NCBI GenBank assembly: GCA_963710755.1 | Contig: CAVQBK010000007.1 | Coordinates: 1-64,000 of the forward strand | From: an uncultured bacterium | Lineage (GTDB): Bacteria > Oederibacteriota > JAAXVQ01 > JAUVAV01 | Direction: 5' to 3' | DNA: 64,000 nt | Shown here: positions 1 through 10,267 of the stretch, piece by piece | Numbering within the stretch: position 1 is the stretch's first letter | How the letters are laid out: each line of letters starts with the position of its first letter | The notes under the pieces: model-generated | What the model was told of the DNA's origin: nothing | Databases searched by the model: none | What the model saw: only the letters and a program-made list of their open reading frames with translations | Translations under genes and position numbers: made by a program

Positions 1-137
1 TCCACCAGCCCGTAGGTCATGCCCGCACGGATGCGGAGGTCGACGCCGCGCACGGCGCGTGACCAGTGCCGACCACGCCGGTAGGCGACGGTGACGCCGT
101 CGAACTCGACCAGGGGGGTGTCAGCGGCGCCGCTCAC
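1..137 (-). CDS. ABC transporter ATP-binding protein (DppD/OppD-like), N-terminal fragment running off the window start
   Basis: Manual translation from GTG at 137: VSGAADTPLVEFDGVTVAYRRGRHWSRAVRGVDLRIRAGMTYGLV, the typical lead-in to Walker A; GTGA overlap with the permease stop. Confidence 0.75.
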   Translation of the reverse strand, partial: MSGAADTPLVEFDGVTVAYRRGRHWSRAVRGVDLRIRAGMTYGLV

Positions 138-700
138 GGCCCGGCTCCGACCTGCAGGACGCGCTTGAGCCCGTCCGCCAGGAGGTTGACGCCGATCACC
201 AGCAGCGAGATCGCCAGCGCCGGAAAGGTCAGCGTCCAGGGCGTGATGTAGACGAAGTCCCGCGCCTCGCTGACCATGAGACCCCAGTAGGGGTTGGGGG
301 GCTGCACCCGAGCCCCAGGAACCCCAGCGACGCGACCAGGAAGATGGCGTAGGAGAAGCGAAGGGCCGACTCGACCGCCAGCGCGGGCAGCACACTGGGC
401 AGGATCTCACGTCCCAGGACGAAGGCCGTGCTCTCCCCCTGCATCCGCGCGGCGAGCACGTACTCCTTGGTCTTGGTGTCGAGCACCACGCTCCGCACAA
501 CGCGCGCGACGATCGGGGTATACGCCACCGCGATGACCGCCAGCACACTGCTGCGCGACGGCCCCAGCGAGCCCAGCAGCAGCAGCGCCAGCAGCAGCGC
601 GGGAACCGCCAGCAGGCTGTCGAAGAAGCGGTAGGTGATCTCATCGGCCCAACCGCCGCGGTAGGTGGCGAACAACCCCAGCAGCGTTCCCACCGTTCTG
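134..700 (-). pseudogene. Peptide ABC transporter permease (DppC/OppC-like), 5'-truncated and frameshifted near 308
   Basis: EAA-like motif EYVLAARMQG and LGFLGLG; after a 1-nt shift the frame continues VQPPNPYWGLMVSEARDFVYITPWTLTFPALAISLLVIGVNLLADGL to TGA at 134-136; GC-rich DNA. Confidence 0.8.
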
Positions 701-1318
701 CTGACCTTCAACGGTGACATTGAAGTGCTCGGTGATGCGCCTGTGAAGGGTGATGTTATTGCCAACGGGCTGACCCAACTGCCGTGGCGGGAAAAGATCG
801 TCGATTATTCAGAACCCACCTTCCCGACGCAAGTGTGGTTGATGGCTAAAAAAGGCACCATCAAACCTCTTAATTTGACCGGTAATATCGACAAGGACAT
901 TCCCATGGTGAAAAAGACCATGGAAGGTCTGGCCGTGCTGACCAAGGAAAAAACCTGCCTGGCCCCTTCGCTGTATCAATTGGATAAAACCGGCGCCAAA
1001 TTGAAAGAATTTGATTCCGGCTTGCACATGATGGCCGGCGATGTGATGGCCGGCAATGCCGATGCCACCATTCTCGATGTGCCCGATGCCTTGGTGGCGC
1101 TCAATACCTGGCCCGGCAAGATTGAGGTTATCGGCCCGGTGTCGGAGCTGCAGAATATGGGGGTGGGCTTTGCCAAGGACGCACCCAAGCTGCGTGCTGA
1201 ATTCAATAAATTCTATGCGGAACTGAAAAAAACGGGGACTTATAAAAAGATGGTCAAGAAATATTATCCGGCTGTCTTTTCCTTTTATCCCGATTTCTTC
1301 AAGGATAAGAAAAATTGA
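700..1318 (+). CDS. Substrate-binding protein (family 3, amino-acid type), N-terminus missing at the junction
   Basis: GDVIANGLT..PWREKIVDYSEPTFPTQVWL and MGVGFAKDAPKLRAEFNKF; no signal peptide because upstream DNA is foreign. Confidence 0.75.
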
Positions 1319-1380
1319 AATAAAGGTTAGTCTTTGTTATGCTGTGATTTTGATAAATACCATGATGCTGCAGTAATAAT

Positions 1381-1414
1381 GAAGACGGGCCTTGGATTTC
1401 CAGGGCCCGTCTTC
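1381..1414. terminator. Strong hairpin between SBP and MCP genes
   Basis: gaagacgggcc...ggcccgtcttc inverted repeat; no clear U-tract. Confidence 0.45.
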
Positions 1415-1467
1415 GAGCATGGATTGCACACAGCGCGTCAAATCCACTTCGATGCAGGGCGGGGACA

Positions 1468-3597
1468 ATGCTGGAAAAGTTAAAAGCCTTTTTACTCAAC
1501 CTGAAAATTGTCCACAAAATATATTTGTTTATGGCAGTAGTTGTTTTTTGCCTACTGCTTTTCGGCACCTTTTATTTCAGTACTATCACCGTCCTCCTGC
1601 AGAGTATTGAATCCAAGGAAAAAGCTTTTTCCATCAAGGAATATTTCTATGAGATTACCAGGGATCTCGATAACTACACCCGCAGCCAGGATCCTCAATA
1701 CCTTAATAAGATCGACAAGACCTTTGTCCTGTTGGAAAAGGATGTAGCCTGGCTGGCCAAAAACGTGAAACAAAAAGGACAATTTAAGGATCTCAATCTG
1801 GAGACGATTCAAAACGCCCAGGAGGAGTACCAAGCGTTTATTCATAAATTCGACGAAGTAAATAAAATCATCCAGCAGTATAAAAAACAACTGCAGCAAT
1901 TGACGGAGGATGTGGAAAACAAAGTCATTAAGAAGACCGTGGAGGCGGAAACACAATTTTTTATTGTCAACACCATGCGCAAATATTTAAATCAGTCCAT
2001 TGATCTGAAAGAACTGCAAATTGTGGGCTTTTTCAGGAATGCAGGGGTGGATATGAAAACCACCCTGGAAGAAATGGGGCGGGACACCTTCAATCTGACC
2101 GGGCAATTTCAAAAACAAAGCCTGGAAAATTTACGTAAGAAAAACAACGAAGAATTGACCAAGCTGAGAGATGAGTTTAATTACTTGAAACAACTGCTTG
2201 ATGAACATGGTAATTCGGAAAGCGACTTGTTGGAAGTATTATTGGAAGAGAGCCGGAGTTTTGTAGAAAGTCTCAAACAAAATTTACAGGAAATGGATAA
2301 CACCTATTCGCAAATTATTTCGCAACTGGAGGACAATCGTCAGCTCTTTGCCAAACTTCCGGAAACAGCCGCACATGTGGCCCAGATCACCGATCATTTT
2401 TATAAAACCAATCAATTTTATGCGGAAACCATTAAACAGAGCTCGCAAAAAGTTATGGGCGTGGTTTTTATTCTGACTTTGGCGGTTTTGATCTTCTTTG
2501 GCATATTGATTACGAACAGCGTGATTGGCCCGGTCAAAGTGCTTATCCGAAAAGTCAAAGAAATCTCGGAAGGAGAAGGGGACCTCACCAACTATTTGGA
2601 GGTTAACAGCCGCGATGAAATTGGTGAATTGTGCCGTTATTTTAACCGTTTCCTGGAAGCACTGAAGTTCATCATCAGCTCCATTTCCGCCAATACCACC
2701 CAAAGTGCCAATATTTCGCGCAATCTTTCCGGGGTCTCGGAAGAAATCAGCAGTTCCACCAAGGAGATGAGTTATACCATCCGGCAAGTCAACAGCCAGG
2801 CTAAAAATTTATCAAGCCTCACCACGGCCAACAAGGGAAAGGTTAACCAATTGCATGGCTATATTCAGGCGGTGGCTGCAGCCCAGGAGAATATCAATCA
2901 AAATCTTCAGGATGTCAAAGAGGGCATAAAAGACGGCATGGCCATCAGCCAGCAAACCGGGCAGGCTATCGGCGAGATCCGAAACAGCGTGACCGCCTCC
3001 CGGGAAATCGTGGAAGAACTTCTGGGCAAGAGCCGGCAAATCTCGGAAATTATGGAGGTCATCAAAGGCCTGGCTAAGCAGACCAACCTGCTGGCCATCA
3101 ACTCTTCCATAGAAGCTGCGCGCGTAGGCGAGGAGGGCAAAGGATTCAGTGTTATTGCCAATGAGATACGGGAATTTTCCAACCGCACCCATCAGGCCAC
3201 CGGCAATATCGAAGAGATACTCAATGAAATCAGTCAGGGCACCAATGAAGTTATGGAAAGTATGAACAATAGTGCTGTTGTGGTCAATGAGGGTACCAAA
3301 GTGGTTGATAAGACTCTGGCCATTTTTTCCACCATTGGGAATGGCATCAATGCCCTTATTCCCAAACTGCAGGAAATAGAAAAATCCAGCCAGGAACAAC
3401 TGGGCATTTCCAAATACATCCAGGAAGAAGTCACTGAAGAAGCTGAATTTATTAATCAGAACACCAAAGTTACCGAGGAAGTCACGGAAAGCATCATCCA
3501 GGTTGATCAAGCCATTCAAAGCATTGCCCAGACTTCTCATGATCTGCTTGAAAATTCGGAAAATTTGATCGAAATGGTGAAAAAGTTCAAGGTTTAA
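1468..3597 (+). CDS. Methyl-accepting chemotaxis protein
   Basis: Two TM segments around a large helical periplasmic domain, HAMP (GDLT..L.VNSRDEIGEL), signalling hairpin QTNLLAINSSIEAARVGEEGKGFSVIANEIR. Confidence 0.93.
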   Translation: MLEKLKAFLLNLKIVHKIYLFMAVVVFCLLLFGTFYFSTITVLLQSIESKEKAFSIKEYFYEITRDLDNYTRSQDPQYLNKIDKTFVLLEKDVAWLAKNVKQKGQFKDLNLETIQNAQEEYQAFIHKFDEVNKIIQQYKKQLQQLTEDVENKVIKKTVEAETQFFIVNTMRKYLNQSIDLKELQIVGFFRNAGVDMKTTLEEMGRDTFNLTGQFQKQSLENLRKKNNEELTKLRDEFNYLKQLLDEHGNSESDLLEVLLEESRSFVESLKQNLQEMDNTYSQIISQLEDNRQLFAKLPETAAHVAQITDHFYKTNQFYAETIKQSSQKVMGVVFILTLAVLIFFGILITNSVIGPVKVLIRKVKEISEGEGDLTNYLEVNSRDEIGELCRYFNRFLEALKFIISSISANTTQSANISRNLSGVSEEISSSTKEMSYTIRQVNSQAKNLSSLTTANKGKVNQLHGYIQAVAAAQENINQNLQDVKEGIKDGMAISQQTGQAIGEIRNSVTASREIVEELLGKSRQISEIMEVIKGLAKQTNLLAINSSIEAARVGEEGKGFSVIANEIREFSNRTHQATGNIEEILNEISQGTNEVMESMNNSAVVVNEGTKVVDKTLAIFSTIGNGINALIPKLQEIEKSSQEQLGISKYIQEEVTEEAEFINQNTKVTEEVTESIIQVDQAIQSIAQTSHDLLENSENLIEMVKKFKV

Positions 3598-3855
3598 TAC
3601 CCGCTTGTCCAGGTCTCCCGCCTAATAAAACTCCTTTTCGGAACACCTTTATCCAGCCACCATTGTTAGGATGACCATCAAATTTAAATGACCGCTGATG
3701 GGCATTGCATCCTTTATGTCCCTTTCCCGATACATTCTCCCGGGTGATCCCTCTTTGTTTTAGCTTGACTTTTTTTAAAGATTGAAGCACTTTATTAGGC
3801 TCTTAACTGCGACCAGACCCTTTTGGTTTGGAGTTGAGGTTGATTATCGTCAATT

Positions 3856-4728
3856 ATGGTGGAGAAAGAACAACCTATGTTTTTTTCTAAAAAAGCCTTA
3901 ATCCTGACCAGGCGGCTGTTGCTTATCAAAGTTATTGCGATCATTCTGATCAGCCTTTTTTTTGTGTTTTGGCCTGATATTAAGCAGAATATGGCCAGTT
4001 TGATCACCATGCCCGCCGGGCCGGTGGCTGTTCCCAGTGCCTTGGCCGTGGATGCAACACCCGATTATGTCACCATAAACCGGTTTATCGAGCATGCCCC
4101 CACCTTGTTGCCCAAGAACCTGATCAAAGCCATTGCCTGGTGCGAAAGTGAATGGAAACATTATGATGATCAGGGGGAGCCCTTAATGGGCGTTAATCTG
4201 GTCCAAGGCCCCTGGGGCCGTGATTATACCTATGATTGGGGTCTGATGCAAATTAATGACGGTACGGTCTGCCTTGATCCCAGAGTATGGGATCAAGGCA
4301 GAATAAAAACCGATCCCCAGTACAATATTCTGGCCGGGATCGCCGTACTGGAACAAAAAATGGATTATATCGAATTTTTAAAGCACCGTCCCAATTGGCC
4401 GGACGTGGTCAGGCGTTATCATTTATACGGCCGCGACGATATGGATATTTTGATCAAAGCTTATAATGGTTTTCAACCTTCCTGGGCTTACGTCGATCGT
4501 GTCAGAACCCTCATGGGGGAACGGCCGTGGGAAAAATTGATGGCCGCCCAATTAAATCATACTTATCCCGGTACGCGTGTCACGATTCAAGCTATTTCTT
4601 CCGGAGCGGGCCGCCTGCTTCAAACTGCTTCCAGCTATGCATCGGATCAGGTGGTCCTGAGGGTGATGCCCCATCACCGTTTTCCTTTTTATGCCTTGAT
4701 CACGCCCCAGCCCAAACAGCGCCAATAA
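3856..4728 (+). CDS. Membrane-anchored lytic transglycosylase (SLT domain)
   Basis: N-terminal TM; SLT motifs IAWCES, GLMQIN, AYNG; start may be 3877. Confidence 0.75.
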   Translation: MVEKEQPMFFSKKALILTRRLLLIKVIAIILISLFFVFWPDIKQNMASLITMPAGPVAVPSALAVDATPDYVTINRFIEHAPTLLPKNLIKAIAWCESEWKHYDDQGEPLMGVNLVQGPWGRDYTYDWGLMQINDGTVCLDPRVWDQGRIKTDPQYNILAGIAVLEQKMDYIEFLKHRPNWPDVVRRYHLYGRDDMDILIKAYNGFQPSWAYVDRVRTLMGERPWEKLMAAQLNHTYPGTRVTIQAISSGAGRLLQTASSYASDQVVLRVMPHHRFPFYALITPQPKQRQ

Positions 4729-4870
4729 AGCTCCTCTTCTTATCGGTCAGTCCGGAAAGAATATCGCAACCAATGCAAAAATTATCTTGTTCATCCAAGC
4801 GACTTGACAAATGAAAGCGGACAAGTTATCGTTTGCTCCCCCTAAATCCAACAATTAACGTGAGGTCGTT

Positions 4871-7135
4871 GTGAATCCAGCATTTATAAACCAACTTCAG
4901 TCGGAATTAGCCATCAGGCCCGACCAAATTAAGGCCACCTTATTCTTGCTCAACGATGGCGCTACCGTGCCCTTTATCGCCCGTTATCGCAAGGAGGCCA
5001 CCGGCGGACTGGATGAAGTGGCTATTGCGGCTGTTCGTGACCGTTTTACGCAACTTGTAGACCTGGAAAAACGACGGGAGGCCATTATAAAATCCATTGC
5101 CGATCAACAGAAACTGACCCCGGCGTTGGAACAAAAAATCAACCAAGCCACCACCATGACCATTCTGGAAGATCTGTATCTACCCTACAAACCCAAGCGT
5201 AAGACCAGGGCCGGTACGGCCAAAGCCAAAGGCCTGGAACCCTTGGCCTTGGCCTTGCTCAGCCAGGACGATCAGGATCCGGCGCAACTGGCCCAGACTT
5301 TCGTAAATCCGGAGCTGGAGGTCCATTCCATTGCCGACGCCCTGGCCGGGGCCAGGGATATCATCGCTGAAATCATCAACGAGAACGCTGATATTCGTAG
5401 CGCCTGCCGTCGCCTGTTTATGGAAGAAGGACGCCTGCACGCCCGCGTGATCAAAGGCAAGGAAGAGGAGGGGATCAAGTATAAGGATTACTTTGAATGG
5501 GAAGAAAGTCTGGCTAAAATGCCCTCTCACCGTTTCCTGGCCATCCGCCGGGGAAGGGATGAAGGCGTGTTGTTGGTCAAGATAACCGGCGTGGAAGAAG
5601 CTGCACTAACGGTGATGCGCGAAGCGGTGATCACCAATCCTTTAAGTCCAGCGGCCGTGGAAGTGCAAAAAGCATTGGAAGATGGTTATCACCGTTTGTT
5701 GGCCCTGTCCTTGCAGGTGGAGACCATGATTGCGTACAAGCAAAAAGCTGATACCCAGGCCATCCAGGTGTTTTCCGAAAATTTGAGAGCCTTGCTGCTG
5801 GCCCCGCCTTTGGGCGGCAAACGCGTTCTGGCTATTGATCCCGGGTTCAGAACCGGCTGCAAAGTGGTTTGTCTGGATGCGCAAGGTCAGCTTCAATTTC
5901 ACGGTGCGATTTTTCCTACGCTGGGAATGGCCCAACAAGCAGAAGCCGCCAAGGTGGTCAAAGCTTTGGTGGCGCAATATGAGATTGAATTTATAGCGTT
6001 GGGCAACGGTACGGCCAGCCGGGAAACAGAATTGTTTTTAAAATCATTGAATATGGATTTGCCGGTTATTCAGGTCAATGAGAGCGGGGCTTCCATCTAT
6101 TCCGCGTCCGAGGTGGCCCGGGAAGAAATGCCGGACAAGGACATTACGGTCCGGGGGGCGGTGTCCATTGGCAGGCGGCTCATGGATCCTTTGGCCGAAT
6201 TGGTCAAGATAGATCCCAAATCCATTGGGGTGGGGCAGTATCAGCATGATGTGGATCAAAAAGCCCTTAAGCAAAATCTGGACGACGTGGTGATGAGCTG
6301 TGTGAACAGTGTTGGGGTGGAACTCAATACGGCCAGCAAACAATTGCTGACCTATGTTTCCGGCCTGGGCCCCAAATTGGCGGCCAACATAGTAGCTTAC
6401 CGGCATGGCAAAGGTCCTTTCTCTTCCCGTCAGGAGCTTAGGCAGGTGCCTCTGTTGGGCGAAAAGGCTTTTGAACAAGCGGCCGGATTTTTGCGGATCT
6501 CGGCTTCCGCCAACCCCTTGGACAGGACCGCCGTGCATCCTGAACGGTACGGTCTGGTGGAACAGATGGCCCTTGATCAGGGGTGCGATATTGAAACCTT
6601 GCTGGCTAAAAAAGAAATGCGCACCAAAATAAATTTGCAGGCCTATGTTTCCCAGGAGGTGGGTCTACCCACACTTACCGATATTTTGGCAGAATTGGAG
6701 AAACCCGGCCGCGACCCCAGGGAAGCTTTTGAAGTGTTTGCCTTTGCCGATGGTATTCACAGTTTGGCGGATTTGAAGCCGGGTATGCAACTGCCGGGAC
6801 TGGTGACCAATGTGACCAATTTCGGAGCCTTTGTAGATATCGGCGTGCATCAGGACGGTCTGGTCCATGTCAGTGAACTGTCTGATCAGTTTATTCCTGA
6901 TCCCAAAGTGTTCCTTAAGGTGCAGCAGCGTGTTAAGGTCAAGGTGATGGAGGTGGACAACCAGCGCCGACGTATCGCTTTGTCCATGAAAGGGCTGCTG
7001 CAACCGGATGGTCTGAACCTGCCCGCTCCCGTAAAGCGGGTTCAACACCCCGCCCGGCCTTCGGCCCCCGCCCGCACCGGCGGGGATGACTGGAAGAGTG
7101 CCTTGTCCCGCATGAAAAGACACCTGAAAGCGTAA
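4871..7135 (+). CDS. tex: Tex family RNA-binding transcriptional accessory protein
   Basis: GATVPFIARYRKEATG, AIDPGFRTGCK, DPKSIGVGQYQHDV, C-terminal S1 domain. Confidence 0.96.
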   Translation: MNPAFINQLQSELAIRPDQIKATLFLLNDGATVPFIARYRKEATGGLDEVAIAAVRDRFTQLVDLEKRREAIIKSIADQQKLTPALEQKINQATTMTILEDLYLPYKPKRKTRAGTAKAKGLEPLALALLSQDDQDPAQLAQTFVNPELEVHSIADALAGARDIIAEIINENADIRSACRRLFMEEGRLHARVIKGKEEEGIKYKDYFEWEESLAKMPSHRFLAIRRGRDEGVLLVKITGVEEAALTVMREAVITNPLSPAAVEVQKALEDGYHRLLALSLQVETMIAYKQKADTQAIQVFSENLRALLLAPPLGGKRVLAIDPGFRTGCKVVCLDAQGQLQFHGAIFPTLGMAQQAEAAKVVKALVAQYEIEFIALGNGTASRETELFLKSLNMDLPVIQVNESGASIYSASEVAREEMPDKDITVRGAVSIGRRLMDPLAELVKIDPKSIGVGQYQHDVDQKALKQNLDDVVMSCVNSVGVELNTASKQLLTYVSGLGPKLAANIVAYRHGKGPFSSRQELRQVPLLGEKAFEQAAGFLRISASANPLDRTAVHPERYGLVEQMALDQGCDIETLLAKKEMRTKINLQAYVSQEVGLPTLTDILAELEKPGRDPREAFEVFAFADGIHSLADLKPGMQLPGLVTNVTNFGAFVDIGVHQDGLVHVSELSDQFIPDPKVFLKVQQRVKVKVMEVDNQRRRIALSMKGLLQPDGLNLPAPVKRVQHPARPSAPARTGGDDWKSALSRMKRHLKA

Positions 7136-7230
7136 ACCTAACATAGGCGGTCAATGCGGCCGCCATTCCTACCGATAATAAGCCTAAGCGGGCTAACCTG
7201 CCAACAGGCCATTCAAGGGAGAAGTTAAAA

Positions 7231-8367
7231 ATGGTGATCGCCCATTTGGCGGATCTGCATGTATCCAAATACGGCGCCAAAATGACGGCTATTAAAAATG
7301 GCCGAATCAAAATAGCCTCCGGTGCTGGCTGGAAAATCTGTTGGCTCGACGAGGGATGGCATATTGACCGGCGCAAAGCTACGGGCAGGATGCGTTTTTT
7401 AGATGCTTACCGCCTGGTGGATGAAGAAGGCCGTGTGCATCAGGTGATCAAACGCCGCCCCGCCATGACAGAGAAAAGTGTTCTGGACCACCTTATCCAA
7501 TTAAAGCATGTCAGGGATAAAACCTCTAGTCAGACTTTGGCCAGACATTTTCCCAAACCTTCGCAGGTGCGCGCCATGTTGGCCGAGGATCCCGATAATG
7601 GCAATCTCAGATTTTGCGCCGTGGCCGAGGCCCTGCAAAAGCATCAGCCCGATTGGGTGATTATTACCGGGGATTTGACCGATGACGGCGTGGGCTACGA
7701 TCTGATCCAAAAGGGGCTGAAATCATTTATTAAAGCCAAACGGTTAATTTGCATTCCTGGCAACCATGATTTATATGCCACTCCGCCTATCTGGACGGAT
7801 CATGGGTTGCGCAAGAGCAAGGCGGAAAAGCAGCGGCTATGGTCGGCATTCGTTCGTAAATTGGGATTGCCGGCCCAAGGGAGTTATGTGCGGTCCCTGG
7901 ATGACCAGGTGTTGTTGGCCTACTTTGACAGCTGCTATCCATCCCGTCTGCCCGGCAGTTCCTCAGGGCATATTCCGGTAAAGGATCTGGAACGCCTGAA
8001 AGGGGAAATGGATAAATTAAATCCTTATGCCGTTAAATTGGCCTGCCTCCATCATCCGGTTCTGAACCTGACCATCAAGGAAATGGGCCTGCTCAATATG
8101 CAGCCGGGCATGCGTCTGCGCAATGGTAAAAAAGTTCTGGAAACCATCAAGTCCATGGGATTCGAACTGGTCATGAAAGGCCATCGTCATCTGGGGTATA
8201 AATATCATCTCCAGAACGGGCCGGTGTTTTTAAGCGCCCCCTCCACCACCTATGGCTGCCGGTCCGGGGCCACCCCTTTTTATTGGGCCGTGGAAATCGA
8301 AGACCGTAAACTCAAAACCATTAGAAAACAGCCCGTCACCATGCTGGGCGAAGAAGTAAGCCGCTGA
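7231..8367 (+). CDS. Calcineurin-like metallophosphoesterase with a large insertion
   Basis: Motifs ADLH, TGDLTD, PGNHD, LHHP, GHRH. Confidence 0.8.
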   Translation: MVIAHLADLHVSKYGAKMTAIKNGRIKIASGAGWKICWLDEGWHIDRRKATGRMRFLDAYRLVDEEGRVHQVIKRRPAMTEKSVLDHLIQLKHVRDKTSSQTLARHFPKPSQVRAMLAEDPDNGNLRFCAVAEALQKHQPDWVIITGDLTDDGVGYDLIQKGLKSFIKAKRLICIPGNHDLYATPPIWTDHGLRKSKAEKQRLWSAFVRKLGLPAQGSYVRSLDDQVLLAYFDSCYPSRLPGSSSGHIPVKDLERLKGEMDKLNPYAVKLACLHHPVLNLTIKEMGLLNMQPGMRLRNGKKVLETIKSMGFELVMKGHRHLGYKYHLQNGPVFLSAPSTTYGCRSGATPFYWAVEIEDRKLKTIRKQPVTMLGEEVSR

Positions 8368-8636
8368 GCTTTCACCAATGATCTCAAAAAGCTTGAAGTG
8401 ATAATGGCGTTAATCGATCCCGTCAACAACAACAGGACAAGCAGTCTTGAATTGATCTCATTGGAAAGATATTCATATACCAACAGGCCCCCGTCATGGC
8501 AGAGCATGACGGCTGAGTTACAGCGGGATTAGCATTGGCGAAATAGCAGGAATCGAGTAGAATAAGATCACAATCGCCGAACAACGGTGAATTACATCTG
8601 GGCCGTTAAGGTCATCAAGAATGAAGGAGTAAGCCT

Positions 8637-9365
8637 ATGCCGTTATGGATTAAGATGCCAAAAGTTGATCTGGTCAAATGGCCGCAAGCTTTTAAGGTGG
8701 ATGATGAAATTAGCGTACTCCTGCCGACAGACGATCAGCCCAAAAAATTGAAAGGGAAAATTGCCGGGCATGATAACCAGGAACTGTTATTGCAAATTGT
8801 GGATCGTGAACCGCAAACCCTGAACTTGAAACCGCCGTTTATGGTTCATCTGATGAATCACCATCAAGACAAGCTTTTGTATACAGAAGGGCAGGTGCAG
8901 CGGATGACGCCGGGCCGGCCCCTGGCCCTGGCCATTATTCCTCAACCCACAGCGTTGCGGGCGGAACAACGCCTATTTTACCGGTTTGATATCCGGCGTT
9001 ATTTCAAACTGGAGCATTTACACTATCCCGACGGAACCACTCACCCGGTCATGAAAGCAGTTTGCCTGGACATGAGTCCCACGGGTATTGGGTTTAAAAG
9101 CAAACAAAAAATTCCGCGTGGGGCTATGTTTACACCGGGCAGTTTGTTCCATCCTGTGATCCCTGATTTGGCCAAGCTGGATTATCGTCTGGAAGTGTTA
9201 TGGTCAAAAGGCAGCCGCTGGTTAGGTTACCGTAACGGCGCCATCTTTAAGTTTTCCAGTCCTGAGGAACAGGAACGATTCAACCGGGTCTTGGATCAGC
9301 TGCAGATCAACCGTTTATCCTGGCATTATCATAATTTGGAAAAACCCGAACCTGCCCAAGGATAA
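8637..9365 (+). CDS. PilZ domain protein (YcgR/flagellar-brake-like architecture)
   Basis: RxxxR (QRLFYR) and DxSxxG (DMSPTG) after an N-terminal domain. Confidence 0.75.
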   Translation: MPLWIKMPKVDLVKWPQAFKVDDEISVLLPTDDQPKKLKGKIAGHDNQELLLQIVDREPQTLNLKPPFMVHLMNHHQDKLLYTEGQVQRMTPGRPLALAIIPQPTALRAEQRLFYRFDIRRYFKLEHLHYPDGTTHPVMKAVCLDMSPTGIGFKSKQKIPRGAMFTPGSLFHPVIPDLAKLDYRLEVLWSKGSRWLGYRNGAIFKFSSPEEQERFNRVLDQLQINRLSWHYHNLEKPEPAQG

Positions 9366-9370
9366 TTAGG

Positions 9371-10267
9371 ATGCAAACTCAAACGCCGGCACCGTGGCTG
9401 AAGGAATTCACCGATTACTTGTCTGCGGAAAAAGGGCTGTCGTCACTGACCGTAACGGCTTACCTGCAGGATATCAGGGGCTACCTGACTTATCTTGAGG
9501 GCCAGGGGCTGGACTTCCGGGCGGACGTTCCCCCTGACAGGGAAGTGCTACAAAGCTATTTGGGCCGGCTGCAACAGTCGGCCAAAGCTTCGGCCACGGT
9601 GGTGCGGGCGCTGGTTTCCCTACGCAGCCTGCATCGCTTTCTTAAAAATGAACAATGGAGCACCTACGATCCCACCGAAGATTTTGAGTCCTACAAATTA
9701 TGGAAAAAACTGCCTGATGTGCTTACGCCCGATGAAGTGGGCCGCTTGCTGCGCGCTCCGGACATGAACAAAAAACAGGGTTTACGGGACCGGGCCATGC
9801 TGGAATTGCTCTATGCCACCGGTTTGCGGGTATCGGAGTTAATCAGTCTTACGGCCGGTCAGATCCATTGGGAAGAAGGGTACCTTTTGGTCAAGGGCAA
9901 AGGCCAGCGGGAACGTCTGGTGCCCGTTGGATCTACAGCTCTGCTCATTTGCAAACGCTATCTCAAATCCCGTCCTGGTGGAGATAACCAAGGTCCCTTA
10001 TTTTTGGCCAGGGGCAGCAGCGGGTTTTCAAGAGTGGGCTTCTGGAAAATGATCAAGCGCTATGCCCGGGCCGCAGGCCTGGAGAAGGTGATTTCTCCCC
10101 ACACCCTAAGACATTCTTTTGCCACCCATCTCCTGGCAGGCGGTGCTGATCTTAGGATTGTGCAGGAGATGCTGGGTCATGTGGATATAGGGACTACCCA
10201 AATTTATACTCATATTGACCGCAGTCGCCTTCAGGAAATTCATAAACGCTTTCATCCCCGGGCCTAG
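9371..10267 (+). CDS. xerD: Site-specific tyrosine recombinase XerD
   Basis: RDRAMLELLYATGLRVSEL, SPHTLRHSFATHLL, LGHVDIGTTQIYTH, terminal HPRA. Confidence 0.92.
   Translation: MQTQTPAPWLKEFTDYLSAEKGLSSLTVTAYLQDIRGYLTYLEGQGLDFRADVPPDREVLQSYLGRLQQSAKASATVVRALVSLRSLHRFLKNEQWSTYDPTEDFESYKLWKKLPDVLTPDEVGRLLRAPDMNKKQGLRDRAMLELLYATGLRVSELISLTAGQIHWEEGYLLVKGKGQRERLVPVGSTALLICKRYLKSRPGGDNQGPLFLARGSSGFSRVGFWKMIKRYARAAGLEKVISPHTLRHSFATHLLAGGADLRIVQEMLGHVDIGTTQIYTHIDRSRLQEIHKRFHPRA

Noticed and set aside
574-600. cagcagcagcgc repeats
   Set aside because: Leu/Ala codons of a TM helix on the minus strand
229-765. Track ORFs 229..765(-) and 665..1318(+) as complete genes
   Set aside because: Their N-termini are read-through across the junction near 700, and the first also has an out-of-frame C-terminus
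3649-3735. 28-codon minus-strand ORF (MYRERDIK...) after the MCP
   Set aside because: Only a weak RBS and no recognisable features
9371-10267. Tyrosine recombinase as a prophage or island integrase
   Set aside because: Canonical XerD length and motifs in a housekeeping context; no att sites, phage genes or dif site seen
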